Below, piece by piece: positions 8,198 through 17,968 of a DNA stretch of 63,418 bases. The notes under the pieces were generated by a model, which worked only from the letters and a program-made list of their open reading frames with translations, searched no databases and was not told where the DNA came from. The DNA is from Christensenella sp. UBA7584. Lineage in GTDB: Bacteria > Bacillota > Clostridia > Christensenellales > UBA1242. Where the stretch lies: NCBI GenBank assembly GCA_002477805.1, contig DLKQ01000022.1:1-63418 (forward strand), given 5' to 3'. Every line of letters starts with the position of its first letter. Position 1 is the first letter of the stretch. A program made the position numbers and the translations under genes.

Positions 8198-8392
8198 GAT
8201 GTTTGTCAAAAATTCGACTTTTTTGTCAAAATAGGGAATGACAAGTAAAAACAGTTTGGTGAGTTACATACTTTTTTGTTTTTCTATTTTTTACAAGGGG
8301 ATAAATGGCATATCTAACAACTTAAAAAGGAATCTTAAAGCTGATGTTTTTATGTAAAATTTATTTTAAAATTTTACAAAATAGAAGGGAAA

Positions 8393-8436
8393 CAAAAAAC
8401 ATTCTTGCTTTTTGGAAAAGCAAGAATGTTTTTTTA
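8393..8436 (-). terminator. Terminator after eno (symmetrical, could act in both directions)
   Basis: ACATTCTTGCT / AGCAAGAATGT 11-bp stem flanked by an A run and a T run. Confidence 0.75.
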
Positions 8437-8445
8437 ATAGACTTA

Positions 8446-9741
8446 TTATTTTTTTATTTCACCACAAAACGATGATTTTTTTCCAAGTTCCTCTTCAATC
8501 CTAATTAATTGATTATATTTTGCGACTCTGTCACTTCTTGAGGGCGCACCAGTTTTAATTTGACCTGTTCCACAAGCTACTGCAATGTCTGCAATATAAG
8601 AGTCCTCTGTTTCACCGCTTCGGTGAGAAATGATAGTGTTTAATCCTGCTTTTTGTGATAATTTTATTGCATTTAATGTTTCTGTGACTGTTCCAATCTG
8701 ATTTAGTTTAATCAAAACTGCATTTGCAGATTTATTCTCTATGCCTTTTTGAATAATTTTTGTGTTTGTTACAAACAAGTCATCTCCAACGATTTGGATT
8801 TTCTTTCCCATTTTTGATGTAAATTTTTTCCACGCTTCCCAATCTTCTTCATCAAAGCCATCTTCTATTGAAACAATAGGGTAGTCTTTTACAAGCTTTT
8901 CGTAAAACTTTAAAAGTTCGGCAGAGGTATAAAGTTTTTTACTTTTCCAGAAATAATACTTGCCAGTTTCACCAATTTTTTTTGCTTCATTATACATTTC
9001 ACTTGAAGCAACATCAATAGCAATTTTAAATTGTTTGCCTGGCTTAAAACCACAAGCTTTTATTGCTTCAACGATAAAATCGAGTGCTTGGGTATCTGAT
9101 GAAAAATTAGGAGCAAATCCACCTTCATCGCCAACTGCGGTAGCATATCCATTATTTTTTAATAAGCTTTTTAGTTTGTGAAAAACCGTGTCACACCATT
9201 CAAGAGCTTCGCTCCAAGATGAAGCTCCGGTTGGCATTATCATAAATTCCTGAATGTTTAAATTATTGTCCGCGTGTTTTCCACCATTTATAACATTCAT
9301 CATTGGCGTTGGTAAAAGGTAGTTGTTAGTTTTAAGATACTTGAATAAAGGTATATGCTTTGAATTTGCTGCAGCTTTAGCAACGGCAAGAGATACACCT
9401 AGAATTGCATTAGCGCCAAGATGGGATTTGTTTTCAGTTCCATCAAGCTCAATCATAATTTTGTCGATTTTTTGTTGAGAGAAAATATTTTCACCAACAA
9501 GGTTTTTTGCTATTATGTTGTTTACGTTTTCAACCGCATTCAAAACAGATTTTCCAAAATAATAATTTTCGTTGCCATCTCTAAGTTCAACCGCCTCTTT
9601 ACTTCCTGTAGAAGCTCCAGAAGGGACTGAAGCTCGCCCAAATGCACCGCTTTCAGTGGTAACATCAACTTCAATTGTTGGAGTTCCTCGAGAATCAAGG
9701 ATTTGTCGTGCTTTTACTTTTTTAATTTTATCTATGTTCAT
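8446..9741 (-). CDS. eno: Enolase (phosphopyruvate hydratase)
   Basis: 431 aa. [48 protein letters not shown] and [18 protein letters not shown]. Confidence 0.98.
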   Translation of the reverse strand: MNIDKIKKVKARQILDSRGTPTIEVDVTTESGAFGRASVPSGASTGSKEAVELRDGNENYYFGKSVLNAVENVNNIIAKNLVGENIFSQQKIDKIMIELDGTENKSHLGANAILGVSLAVAKAAANSKHIPLFKYLKTNNYLLPTPMMNVINGGKHADNNLNIQEFMIMPTGASSWSEALEWCDTVFHKLKSLLKNNGYATAVGDEGGFAPNFSSDTQALDFIVEAIKACGFKPGKQFKIAIDVASSEMYNEAKKIGETGKYYFWKSKKLYTSAELLKFYEKLVKDYPIVSIEDGFDEEDWEAWKKFTSKMGKKIQIVGDDLFVTNTKIIQKGIENKSANAVLIKLNQIGTVTETLNAIKLSQKAGLNTIISHRSGETEDSYIADIAVACGTGQIKTGAPSRSDRVAKYNQLIRIEEELGKKSSFCGEIKK

Positions 9742-9758
9742 TTTTCCACCTCAGTAAA

Positions 9759-9787
9759 ATTATAACAATTTTTTTAAAATTATTCAA
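9759..9787 (-). promoter_or_regulatory. Promoter of eno
   Basis: On the minus strand: TTGAAT, 17 nt, TGT-TATAAT. Confidence 0.6.
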
Positions 9788-9815
9788 ATAAATTTGCTAT
9801 TTATTTAGAAATAAT

Positions 9816-9844
9816 TTGATTTTTTTGCCGTTCTATGCTAAAAT
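9816..9844 (+). promoter_or_regulatory. Promoter of tyrS (no T-box leader)
   Basis: TTGATT, 17 nt, TGC-TAAAAT. Only about 27 nt lie between the -10 and the ATG, including an AGGAG RBS. Confidence 0.55.
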
Positions 9845-9871
9845 TAATTACATTAGTAAAGGAGAAAAGAT

Positions 9872-11071
9872 ATGGCAGGCATACTTGATGAATTGAGAGA
9901 AAGGGGTTTGATTAAGCAAACCATTTATGAAGATGAACTAAAAAAACTTTTAGAAAAAGAGAAGATTGTTTGCTATATGGGATTTGACCCAACTGCTGAC
10001 AGTTTACACGTTGGAAGCTTGGCTTCAATACTTTTTCTTGTTAGAATGCAAAAAGCGGGTCATACGCCGATAGCTTTGGTAGGTGGTGCAACTGGAAGGA
10101 TTGGTGATCCAAGTGATCGAAATGATATGCGTCCGATGATGACAGACAAGCAAAGGGAACATAATGTTGAGTGTATAAAAAAACAACTTGAAGGTTTTTT
10201 CGATAAAAATTGTCCAAACAAACTCATTGTAGTAAATAACGATGACTGGATGAGTAAACTTAGTTTTTTTGATATGTTAAACACAGTTGGACTTAATATG
10301 AGTGTAAACAGAATGCTTTCTTTTGATTGTTTTAAAAAGAGAATGGAAAATGGGCTAACTTTTTTGGAGTTTAACTATATGCCAATGCAAGCTTACGATT
10401 TCTTGCATTTGTTTAAGAAGTATAATTGTGTTCTAGAACTTGGTGGTGATGATCAGTGGGCAAATATATTGGCTGGAGTGGAACTTATTCGTAAAAAAGA
10501 AAACAAACCGGTATTCTGTATGACTACACCGCTTCTGACAAAGGCCGATGGAAAGAAGATGGGAAAGAGTGCAAGTGGTGCCATTTGGCTTGACAGAAAC
10601 AAAACTTCTGATTATGAATTGTATCAATACTTTAGAAATGTTGAAGATGTGAAAGTTGAAGAACTTTTCCGTTCTCTAACATTTTTACCACTTGATGAAA
10701 TAAGGCAAATTTGCTCAGTAAAAGGGCAAGCGATTAATATAGCAAAGGAGCGTCTTGCTTTTGAAATTACAAAACTAGTTCGTGGTGAGGAAAATGCAAA
10801 GAAGGCACAAGATGAGGCAAGGGCTAATTTTAGTGGGAATGTTTCTGAAATGTCTGTTTTAAATATTAAGGGTGAGAATGCAAGAAATATTATAGACCTT
10901 TTGCTATCTACAAATATGGCAAGTTCACGAGGTGAAGCAAAACGCCTTATTGATGGAAAAGGAATTAAGATAGACGATGAAATTATAACCAGTTATGATT
11001 ACCCAATTATCAAAAACGAATTTGTTTTGCAAAAAGGGAAAAAAGTAATACAAAAAGTGAAAATGGTTTGA
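9872..11071 (+). CDS. tyrS: Tyrosine--tRNA ligase
   Basis: 399 aa. HIGH-type motif (SLHVGSL), KMSKS-type motif (KKMGKS) and a C-terminal S4-like domain. Confidence 0.96.
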   Translation: MAGILDELRERGLIKQTIYEDELKKLLEKEKIVCYMGFDPTADSLHVGSLASILFLVRMQKAGHTPIALVGGATGRIGDPSDRNDMRPMMTDKQREHNVECIKKQLEGFFDKNCPNKLIVVNNDDWMSKLSFFDMLNTVGLNMSVNRMLSFDCFKKRMENGLTFLEFNYMPMQAYDFLHLFKKYNCVLELGGDDQWANILAGVELIRKKENKPVFCMTTPLLTKADGKKMGKSASGAIWLDRNKTSDYELYQYFRNVEDVKVEELFRSLTFLPLDEIRQICSVKGQAINIAKERLAFEITKLVRGEENAKKAQDEARANFSGNVSEMSVLNIKGENARNIIDLLLSTNMASSRGEAKRLIDGKGIKIDDEIITSYDYPIIKNEFVLQKGKKVIQKVKMV

Positions 11072-11661
11072 TGGAAAGTTTTCGTTCAATTACAGATTTG
11101 AAAATTTTAGAAAGTGAGATTATTGAAAAAAAATCTCGCTTTTTGTCATTTGCTAAATATGTTCCAAGCAGTGAACAAGCGGAAATGTTTATACGCGAAA
11201 CTAGAAAAAAATACTCTGATGCAAAACATATAGTCTTTGCTTACAGACTACTTAGTGTTAGTCGTGCTAGTGATGATGGTGAACCAAGTGGAACAGCTGG
11301 TAGGCCAATTCTTGATGTTATTCAAAAACTTGATTTATATAATATAGTAGTCGTTGTAGTTAGATATTTTGGAGGAACAAAACTGGGTGCGGGTCCTCTT
11401 TTGCGAACTTATTCCAAAAGTGCAAGTGAAGTTTTGAAAACGGACTTCAGACTTTATGAAAAGTGTTTTAAAGCAAAGATTAGTGTTTCATTTCAAAAAT
11501 TTGAAGAGCTTTTAAAATTGGCAAGTAAAAATTTTGTTGATTTAAAAAATATTGAATTTTCGGAGCAGGTTAGTCTTGATGTGATTTTTCCTCAAAATTT
11601 TGACATAAATGTTCCCATAGAAACGAAGACCGAAATTTTTTATAGTTTTAAAGGAGTATAA
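11068..11661 (+). CDS. YigZ / IMPACT family (UPF0029) protein
   Basis: 197 aa. KKSRFLSFA, DDGEPSGTAGRPIL and VVVVRYFGGTKLGAGPLLRTY. ATGA overlap with tyrS. Confidence 0.88.
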   Translation: MMESFRSITDLKILESEIIEKKSRFLSFAKYVPSSEQAEMFIRETRKKYSDAKHIVFAYRLLSVSRASDDGEPSGTAGRPILDVIQKLDLYNIVVVVVRYFGGTKLGAGPLLRTYSKSASEVLKTDFRLYEKCFKAKISVSFQKFEELLKLASKNFVDLKNIEFSEQVSLDVIFPQNFDINVPIETKTEIFYSFKGV

Positions 11662-11662
11662 A

Positions 11663-12280
11663 ATGTCACAAATTACGAAATTGGGTGAGGGAAAAAACAA
11701 AAGAGCCTCAGTTTATGTTGATGAACAATTTGTTTGCTTTTTAAATCAATTTACTGTTTTTAAGTACAAATTAAAAGTTGGCCAAGAAATTAGTATAGAA
11801 ACATTGAAAAAAATTCAAGTCGAGACCGAGGAAGATACAGCTTTTGATATTGCTATAAAATACTTAACAAAATACACAAAGACTGAAAAGGAGCTTTGCA
11901 AATTTTTGCAAAGAAAAGGTTTTGTTGATGAAGTTGTCGACTTGGTTTTGAAAAAGTTAAAATGTTATAACTATATTGATGATAGGGTTTTTGCTAGTAA
12001 CTTTGTAAAAATGGCACAAAATAAGTTTGGAAAAAACAAAATTAAGATGATATTAAAACAAAAAGGTATAAGTGATGATATTATAAACGAAATTAATATG
12101 GATTCTAATACGGAAATTATAGAAGCTCTTGTGTTAAAATATATGAAGAATAAAGATAATTCTTCGCAAAACAGACAAAAATGTGCAAAATTTTTATATA
12201 GCAGAGGGTTCTGTTGGGGTGAAATAAGTAGTGTGCTTGATAGTTTTAGTTGGGAGGGTGAGAGTGAGAGTTGGGAATGA
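11663..12280 (+). CDS. recX: Recombination regulator RecX
   Basis: 205 aa. Repeated three-helix RecX pattern (KYLTKYTKTEKELCKFLQRKGF..., KFGKNKIKMILKQKGI..., KCAKFLYSRGF). Confidence 0.85.
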   Translation: MSQITKLGEGKNKRASVYVDEQFVCFLNQFTVFKYKLKVGQEISIETLKKIQVETEEDTAFDIAIKYLTKYTKTEKELCKFLQRKGFVDEVVDLVLKKLKCYNYIDDRVFASNFVKMAQNKFGKNKIKMILKQKGISDDIINEINMDSNTEIIEALVLKYMKNKDNSSQNRQKCAKFLYSRGFCWGEISSVLDSFSWEGESESWE

Positions 12281-12635
12281 TTTATGTAGGGTTGATAGAT
12301 TTTTTGAACTTTTAAAAAACAAAAAATTTATTGATAGAGTGTTTACCCAAAAAGAATTTGAACATATACTCCTTGCAAAAAATGCACAAAAGCAGGTAGA
12401 ACGTATGGCTGGCAAGTTCTCAGCAAAAGAGGCGGTGGCAAAAGCGTTAGGACTTGGGATAAGTGAAGGTGTTACTTTTAGAACCATAGAAATTTTACCA
12501 AATGAAAAAGGGGCGCCATTTGTAGTATTGTACGACTATGCAAAAAGTTTATTTGAAGAAAATGGATTTTCTGAAATAGAAATAAGTATTTCCAACACTG
12601 AAGATTTTGCTAGTTCGGTTTGTGTTGTGGTATAA
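12264..12635 (+). CDS. acpS: Holo-[acyl-carrier-protein] synthase
   Basis: Track ORF 12231-12635 trimmed to GTG 12264, 6 nt after GGGAGG. GNDLCRVDRF matches GxDxxxxxRI. FSAKEAVAKALG is present. Overlaps the recX end by 17 nt. GTG 12258 is an alternative start. Confidence 0.85.
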   Translation: MRVGNDLCRVDRFFELLKNKKFIDRVFTQKEFEHILLAKNAQKQVERMAGKFSAKEAVAKALGLGISEGVTFRTIEILPNEKGAPFVVLYDYAKSLFEENGFSEIEISISNTEDFASSVCVVV

Positions 12636-12691
12636 TTTCACAAAATTTGACATTTTTTTCTGAATAAAACTATTAAAAATACAAAAATTAG

Positions 12692-12718
12692 AAAAAGAAG
12701 GTAAAAACTTCTTTTTTA
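12692..12718 (+). terminator. Weak A/T-rich terminator after acpS
   Basis: AAAAAGAAG-GTAAAAA-CTTCTTTTT. Confidence 0.4.
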
Positions 12719-12764
12719 TTTTTAAATTTTGGTTTTAAATTTTGATTTTAGGAGATAAATTATA

Positions 12765-12989
12765 ATGTCTAAAGATTTTGAAGAGTATGCAAAAGCATTG
12801 AAGGAAAAAGTTGAGAACATTTATCCGACTTATTTGCATATTATGAATAAGAAAGGAAATATGTCACTAGAAGATGAACTCTTGTCGGCTATCAATGAGC
12901 TTAAAGTTTTTGAACAGGTTGACTTGGCAGATTTTCAAAATTATGAAAAATGGCTGGAGGAAAATAGTGGAGCAAATCAAGAGAGGTGA
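12765..12989 (+). CDS. Putative antitoxin partner of MazF (no recognisable RHH/AbrB DNA-binding motif)
   Basis: 74-aa acidic ORF with an AGGAG RBS. It overlaps the mazF start by 23 nt. The assignment rests on position only. Confidence 0.6.
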   Translation: MSKDFEEYAKALKEKVENIYPTYLHIMNKKGNMSLEDELLSAINELKVFEQVDLADFQNYEKWLEENSGANQER

Positions 12990-13317
12990 ACTATATTATG
13001 CCGACTTGTCGCCCGTTGTTGGTAGTGAACAAGGCGGAGTTCGTCCTGTTTTGGTTGTTCAAAATGATATTGGAAATAAATACAGCCCAACTGTTATTGT
13101 TGCTGCAATAACAAGCAAATTAAGCAAGGCAAAACTTCCAACTCATATTGAAATACAGGCTTCTACATATGGCTTAGAAAGAGATTCTGTTATTTTATTA
13201 GAGCAAATCAGAACATTAGACAAGTCAAGATTGCAACATAAAATAGGAGATCTCAGCTATTCTGCGATGAAAAATGTAGATAAAGCACTTCTTATTAGTC
13301 TTGGTTTTTATAACTAA
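12967..13317 (+). CDS. mazF: MazF/EndoA (PemK family) mRNA interferase toxin
   Basis: Track ORF trimmed to GTG 12967, 6 nt after [68 protein letters not shown] is nearly collinear with B. subtilis EndoA. Confidence 0.95.
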   Translation: MEQIKRGELYYADLSPVVGSEQGGVRPVLVVQNDIGNKYSPTVIVAAITSKLSKAKLPTHIEIQASTYGLERDSVILLEQIRTLDKSRLQHKIGDLSYSAMKNVDKALLISLGFYN

Positions 13318-13345
13318 AAATTATTAAAAATTCATATAAAGAGTA

Positions 13346-13374
13346 TTTACAAATTTTGATTGTTGTGATATAAT
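13346..13374 (+). promoter_or_regulatory. Promoter of the GLUG surface protein gene
   Basis: TTTACA, 17 nt, TGA-TATAAT. Confidence 0.6.
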
Positions 13375-13399
13375 AAAGCTAATAAAAGGGGTGCTTTTT

Positions 13400-16321
13400 A
13401 TGTCTGGTGAAACATCAAAAGGAAAACAAAACTGGTTTAAAAGATTTATTATTTTTCTTTTAGCGGTTGTTGTTGCTATCAGTTTTGCTCTCGTAATCTA
13501 CTATTTTTCTCAGGACGATGAAACAATTGGATTTAACGAAAGTAGTGTTATGGTAAATAAAAACGACAAATTTACTATAACAATTATTCACGAAAATAGT
13601 CGAAAAGATACAACATATGAACTCAAAGTTGAAAATAATGGAGTCCTTTCAGAGAAACAGGAAACAGCTACAAATGTTTATGAATTTACAGCTCTAAGTG
13701 GTGGTGTTTGTAAAATTTCTTTGATTACTAACAATCCAAAATTTCAAAATATGGTTTGTAAAGTAAGTGTTGGTGATGGAACTAAGTCAAATCCGTATTA
13801 CATCAAAACGCCTGAAGACTTAGCGTCAATTGGAAACACTCGTTCAGCTGATGATAATTATGTACAGGTAAATAGCATTGACCTTTCTTCATATAATGCA
13901 GGTAGTTGGATTCCACTTTGTGGTACTGGATTTAGTGGAAACTATGATGGTTCAGGATTTGTTATTTACAATATGAATATTGATTCTGAAAGTGGCTCAA
14001 ATGCTGGTTTGTTCACAAAAATTAATCCAACTGGTAGTGTGACAAGAATTATTTTCTCTAAACCAATTATAAAAGGGCTTGCAAAAAACTCTGGTGTTGT
14101 TGCTGGTATTAATCAAGGGCTTGTGAGTCGTATTGAAGTTAAAGAGGCAAGCATAAATGTTACTCCAAATGGTTCTGTATATTCTTCAGTTGGTGGAATT
14201 GTTGGAAGAATGGAAAGAAATGGGACAAACACAAAACTCGATAGAGTATCATTCTACGAGAATAGTTCCATAACTGCAAACGCTAGTATTGAAAACTATG
14301 TTGGTGGAATTGTTGGAGCGAATATCAGCGGAACTATTATTAATTCATTCTGTCGCGGAACAATAACTTCAAATGACAATTATTCTGTTTGTGGTGGAAT
14401 TGAAGGACGTGGTGAAACTGACACTAGTTTACCTTTCGATAACACACTTACTACTTATAAAAAGGCTAATGTGATTAATTGTTATTCAACAATGCAAATT
14501 ACCTCGACAAAGAAAGCTGGTGTTGTAGGTACAAACAAAAACCGCAGTGGTAGTAGTGAGTACACAAACAGTGTTGGTAAAAAAGAAAATAGATATGTAG
14601 GTGTGTATTACCTTTATGGTGAAGATAGAAATACCCTATGGTGTGGAGATTTAGCAGATGCTGATGCTGTTGATTCTGAAGGACATAAGCTTGTAAGAGG
14701 AATTAGTTATGAAGAAGCAAAGGCTGAAGAGAATTACAAAACATATTATTTGGCTTCTGATGGCGTGAAAGAAAAAACTTGGAATTTTGTAGATGTATGG
14801 AGCATTGAAGAGGGTGTTAATGATGGGCTTCCAACACTCAGAATGGTTGGGGCGGGCGTCAGTGATGAAATTTATGATCCGCAATCTACATTTGATGGAT
14901 TCATTAGAACACAGGCAGAACTTCAAAGCCTCGCTGACGAAAGTGCTCTTGATGGAAGTTACAAAATAGCAACTGACCTTGAAGGGGATAAGCTTTTGAT
15001 TACAAGTGCTTGGACACAGGTTGGAACAGAAGAAAAACCATTTAATGGAACTTTAGATGGAAATGGTGTTACAATTGTGGTTTCAGATGGTATTGGATTT
15101 GAAGGGTTATTTGGACACCTCGGTCCAAATGCGCAAATTGTAAACTTAACTATTCAAGTTGCTAATATGACAGTTACAAATACAACTAATATTGGAATTT
15201 TTGCTCATTACAATGAGGGACTTATTGAAAATTGTAGAGTAATTGGTGCTATTTATTCTTCACAAAATAGCGATATGAATATCGGCGGATTTGTTGGTGT
15301 AAATGCAAGAACTGGACAAATTACAAAATCATATGTTGGAGTTGATAGTGCTGGAGCAAGTAGTGTTTCGATTCAACCAATGCTGGATAGCCAAACAGTT
15401 AACATAGGTCTTTTTGCTGGAATTAACGAGGGTTTGATTTCAAATGGTGTAGCATATAAATCTTCTAATATAAAGATTAGTGAACCAAAGAATGCTAAAG
15501 CATATGTAGGTGGAATTGTAGGTCAAAACAAGGGTAATATTTATCGAATGACATCAATGGCAAACATTTCACTTCCTACAGCGTCTGAAAATTATATTGC
15601 TGGTGGAATTGTTGGACTTAATGATATAACTACTTCTGCAAATAGTATTGAACTTTGTATTGTTAGTGGAACAAGTAGTCAAACAGAAATATCTGCTTAT
15701 ATGGTTGGTGGTATAGTTGGAGAAAATTTGAGTACAAGAGATGGTGTGGATATAACCTCTTGTCAAGTTGAAAGCAATGTAAAGTTATCTGGAAACAAAG
15801 TTGGTGGTCTTATTGGTAGAATGTACCGCGGTAGAATGGAAAATTCAGCAACATTCGCTCTGCTTTCTGCAAATACAATGGCTGGATTTGCTGTTACTGT
15901 AGAGGGATACACTGGTAGTAGCGGAAACGGAAGTTATGCAGTGATTGATAGATGTTTCTCTTCTATAACTTTTGATGCTAATGCTGGAAGAGTTTATTCA
16001 GAAACAACAAGTTTAGTTAGAGCAACAAATAATTATCTTTACTGTGCATTACGTGGAGAAGATACAAGTAATCCAAATTCATACAAAATTGCTGGTTATA
16101 TTAATAACTCTAAGTATAATAAGACAAACCTGGATAAAACAGGTCAAGATGAAAAAAGTTATCGTCAATATTCATCAGCTTATATAGGAAGTTGGAACTT
16201 TGAAACTCCTAATGATGGTGCAACAAGCGATGCAGATTGTAAAAAAGCTTCAACCTTTAGAGATTGGAACTCAGATATCTGGAAGATTGTTGAAGGATAT
16301 TATCCTACAATTAAGTTTTAA
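13400..16321 (+). CDS. Membrane-anchored cell-surface protein with GLUG-motif repeats
   Basis: 973 aa from ATG 13400. N-terminal TM anchor (FIIFLLAVVVAISFALVIYYF). Recurrent VGGIVG / IGGFVG / VGGLIG GLUG-type repeats in two modules, each preceded by a NPYxI / KPFNGTLDGNG-like start. Confidence 0.8.
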   Translation: MSGETSKGKQNWFKRFIIFLLAVVVAISFALVIYYFSQDDETIGFNESSVMVNKNDKFTITIIHENSRKDTTYELKVENNGVLSEKQETATNVYEFTALSGGVCKISLITNNPKFQNMVCKVSVGDGTKSNPYYIKTPEDLASIGNTRSADDNYVQVNSIDLSSYNAGSWIPLCGTGFSGNYDGSGFVIYNMNIDSESGSNAGLFTKINPTGSVTRIIFSKPIIKGLAKNSGVVAGINQGLVSRIEVKEASINVTPNGSVYSSVGGIVGRMERNGTNTKLDRVSFYENSSITANASIENYVGGIVGANISGTIINSFCRGTITSNDNYSVCGGIEGRGETDTSLPFDNTLTTYKKANVINCYSTMQITSTKKAGVVGTNKNRSGSSEYTNSVGKKENRYVGVYYLYGEDRNTLWCGDLADADAVDSEGHKLVRGISYEEAKAEENYKTYYLASDGVKEKTWNFVDVWSIEEGVNDGLPTLRMVGAGVSDEIYDPQSTFDGFIRTQAELQSLADESALDGSYKIATDLEGDKLLITSAWTQVGTEEKPFNGTLDGNGVTIVVSDGIGFEGLFGHLGPNAQIVNLTIQVANMTVTNTTNIGIFAHYNEGLIENCRVIGAIYSSQNSDMNIGGFVGVNARTGQITKSYVGVDSAGASSVSIQPMLDSQTVNIGLFAGINEGLISNGVAYKSSNIKISEPKNAKAYVGGIVGQNKGNIYRMTSMANISLPTASENYIAGGIVGLNDITTSANSIELCIVSGTSSQTEISAYMVGGIVGENLSTRDGVDITSCQVESNVKLSGNKVGGLIGRMYRGRMENSATFALLSANTMAGFAVTVEGYTGSSGNGSYAVIDRCFSSITFDANAGRVYSETTSLVRATNNYLYCALRGEDTSNPNSYKIAGYINNSKYNKTNLDKTGQDEKSYRQYSSAYIGSWNFETPNDGATSDADCKKASTFRDWNSDIWKIVEGYYPTIKF

Positions 16322-16339
16322 TTTATCTAATTTAACATA

Positions 16340-16366
16340 AAAAAGAGCTAAGATGCTCTTTTTTTA
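16340..16366 (+). terminator. Intrinsic terminator after the GLUG protein gene
   Basis: AAAGAGC-TAAGAT-GCTCTTT followed by TTTTT. Confidence 0.7.
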
Positions 16367-16642
16367 TTACAAGGTAGTCACTATAATAATTTAATGCACT
16401 GATTGTCTTTTCTTAGTTCATACATTCAGACTAAAAATTGAATTCAATAGGTGAGTAAATGGAAATAAAAAACTATGGTAATCATAGACATAAGGAAATG
16501 ATTGCTACATATACTAAGAATTATATTATATTCTTTTTAATTAAATAGAATACGAATTGTATTTTACTAACTAATAAAAACCTCTTCCACAATTGAAGTG
16601 AACAGTATTTTTGCATTGCAAAAATAAAAACTACTTCAAAGT

Positions 16643-16682
16643 AAAACACTTCCTACGATAATTATACAACAGGAAGTGTTTT
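16643..16682. terminator. Symmetrical terminator downstream of the minus-strand MBL operon
   Basis: AAAACACTTCCT / AGGAAGTGTTTT 12-bp stem with a 16-nt loop. Confidence 0.5.
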
Positions 16683-16733
16683 AAATAGTGTTTATTATGC
16701 AAAAATTATGTTTTGCAGTAAATATGATATTTT

Positions 16734-16970
16734 TTAAGAACAGGTCGCTTTGTTTTTTTTAATAATAATTTGATTTTTTGTTTTTACTTGCATATCGCTT
16801 GCTTTTTGACTTGAGATTTGCTCATTGTTAAACTGGGAGGTAGATTTTTCATAGTTGTTACTAAAAACTCCAACTTGAATTAAAAAAATAAACGTAATTA
16901 TCGTAAGAAAAATAAAGTAAATCAAATAACCTGCAATTTTTCTTTTTATACTAATTTTTTTATTTTCCAT
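16734..16970 (-). CDS. Small single-pass membrane protein
   Basis: Track ORF trimmed to MENKKISIKRK (ATG 16970, AGAGG RBS), 78 aa. One TM helix (GYLIYFIFLTIITFIFLIQVGVF). Confidence 0.6.
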   Translation of the reverse strand: MENKKISIKRKIAGYLIYFIFLTIITFIFLIQVGVFSNNYEKSTSQFNNEQISSQKASDMQVKTKNQIIIKKNKATCS

Positions 16971-17007
16971 AACAACCTCTTGTTTAGTTTGTACAATAAT
17001 CGGAGTG

Positions 17008-17802
17008 TTATTCTTTAATTTTAAAGATGTGGCTAACATAATCTTGTTTTGCAACATCGATATATATTTCATCTTGTGGCGTAACTTTGTTTTCAAAAAA
17101 TGTTTTACGAATAGTTCTTACAGCAAGGTCTGGACTGTTGTTCTGTTCGCTAAGGTGGGCTAGTATAACACCCCGTGGTGTTTTACCTAGCATTTGTATA
17201 ATTGTGTCTGCTGCAACTTGGTTGCTAATATGGCCGTGGTTTGATAGAATACGCTCTTTAAGTTTGAAAGGGTAGTTGGGATTGTTTTTGAGTGTTTGAA
17301 CATCGTGATTTGATTCTAAAAGGACAAGGTCGCTCGTCTCTAAATTTTTTACAATTTCTGGAGTTGTGTGACCAAGGTCTGTTGCTGAAGTGAATTTCTT
17401 ACTCCCTTCCATAAGTGAAAATCCAACGCAATGGCTAGAATCGTGTTCAAGGTCAAAACTGTGAACAGCAAGGTCTTTTATATTAAAATCATTTCCATTA
17501 AATTCAATCTGAAGTGAGTTGTCAACATCGCTAATTTTACTTGCAAGCATATCCCAGCTTTTTCTATGAGCATAGATTTTAGTTCCAAACTTTTTTGCAA
17601 ATTGGCTAAGACCTTTTATGTGGTCGCTGTGTTCGTGTGTGATTAAAATTGCATCAATTTCAGTTGGTTTGACACCCAAAAGACCGAGCCTTCTTTCAAG
17701 CTCAGTTTTTGTCAGGCCAGCATCAATCAAAATGTTTGAATGCTCTGTTTGAATAAAGGTGGAATTACCTTTACTTCCACTAGCTAAAACACAAACACGC
17801 AT
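17008..17802 (-). CDS. MBL-fold metallo-hydrolase, YycJ/WalJ-like
   Basis: 264 aa. VLASGSKGNSTFI, IDAGL and HEHSDHIKGL. Overall collinear with B. subtilis YycJ. Confidence 0.9.
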   Translation of the reverse strand: MRVCVLASGSKGNSTFIQTEHSNILIDAGLTKTELERRLGLLGVKPTEIDAILITHEHSDHIKGLSQFAKKFGTKIYAHRKSWDMLASKISDVDNSLQIEFNGNDFNIKDLAVHSFDLEHDSSHCVGFSLMEGSKKFTSATDLGHTTPEIVKNLETSDLVLLESNHDVQTLKNNPNYPFKLKERILSNHGHISNQVAADTIIQMLGKTPRGVILAHLSEQNNSPDLAVRTIRKTFFENKVTPQDEIYIDVAKQDYVSHIFKIKE

Positions 17803-17968
17803 TTCCTTCTCCTTGCAATAATTTTAACTCAAAAAGCAAAAAAAATCAATAATTTGGTCGTAAAAACACAAAATTTCCCATAATTATTACAAAAACCCTA
17901 GATTATTACATATTTATCAACGCGAAAAGCGAGCTTGTTGTTTTATAATTTTTTGGAGGTGTTTTAAA

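Noticed and set aside
12194-12487. 97-aa minus-strand ORF over the recX/acpS junction, and similar alternative-frame ORFs (6763-6951, 24941-25171, 51947-52207)
   Set aside because: They overlap well-supported genes in another frame and have no start signals. They are treated as noise.
16459-16548. 29-codon ORF (MEIKNYGNHRHKEMIATYTKNYIIFFLIK) with AGGTGAG upstream, in the 370-bp gap after the GLUG gene
   Set aside because: It is too short and compositionally ordinary for AT-rich DNA. It has no hydrophobic toxin-like character, and conservation cannot be assessed.
17915-17949. Possible Spo0A box (ACGCGAA / AAGCGAG) overlapping the missing -35 of the spoIIE promoter
   Set aside because: Only the CGAA core of the TGNCGAA consensus matches, which cannot be distinguished from chance by eye.
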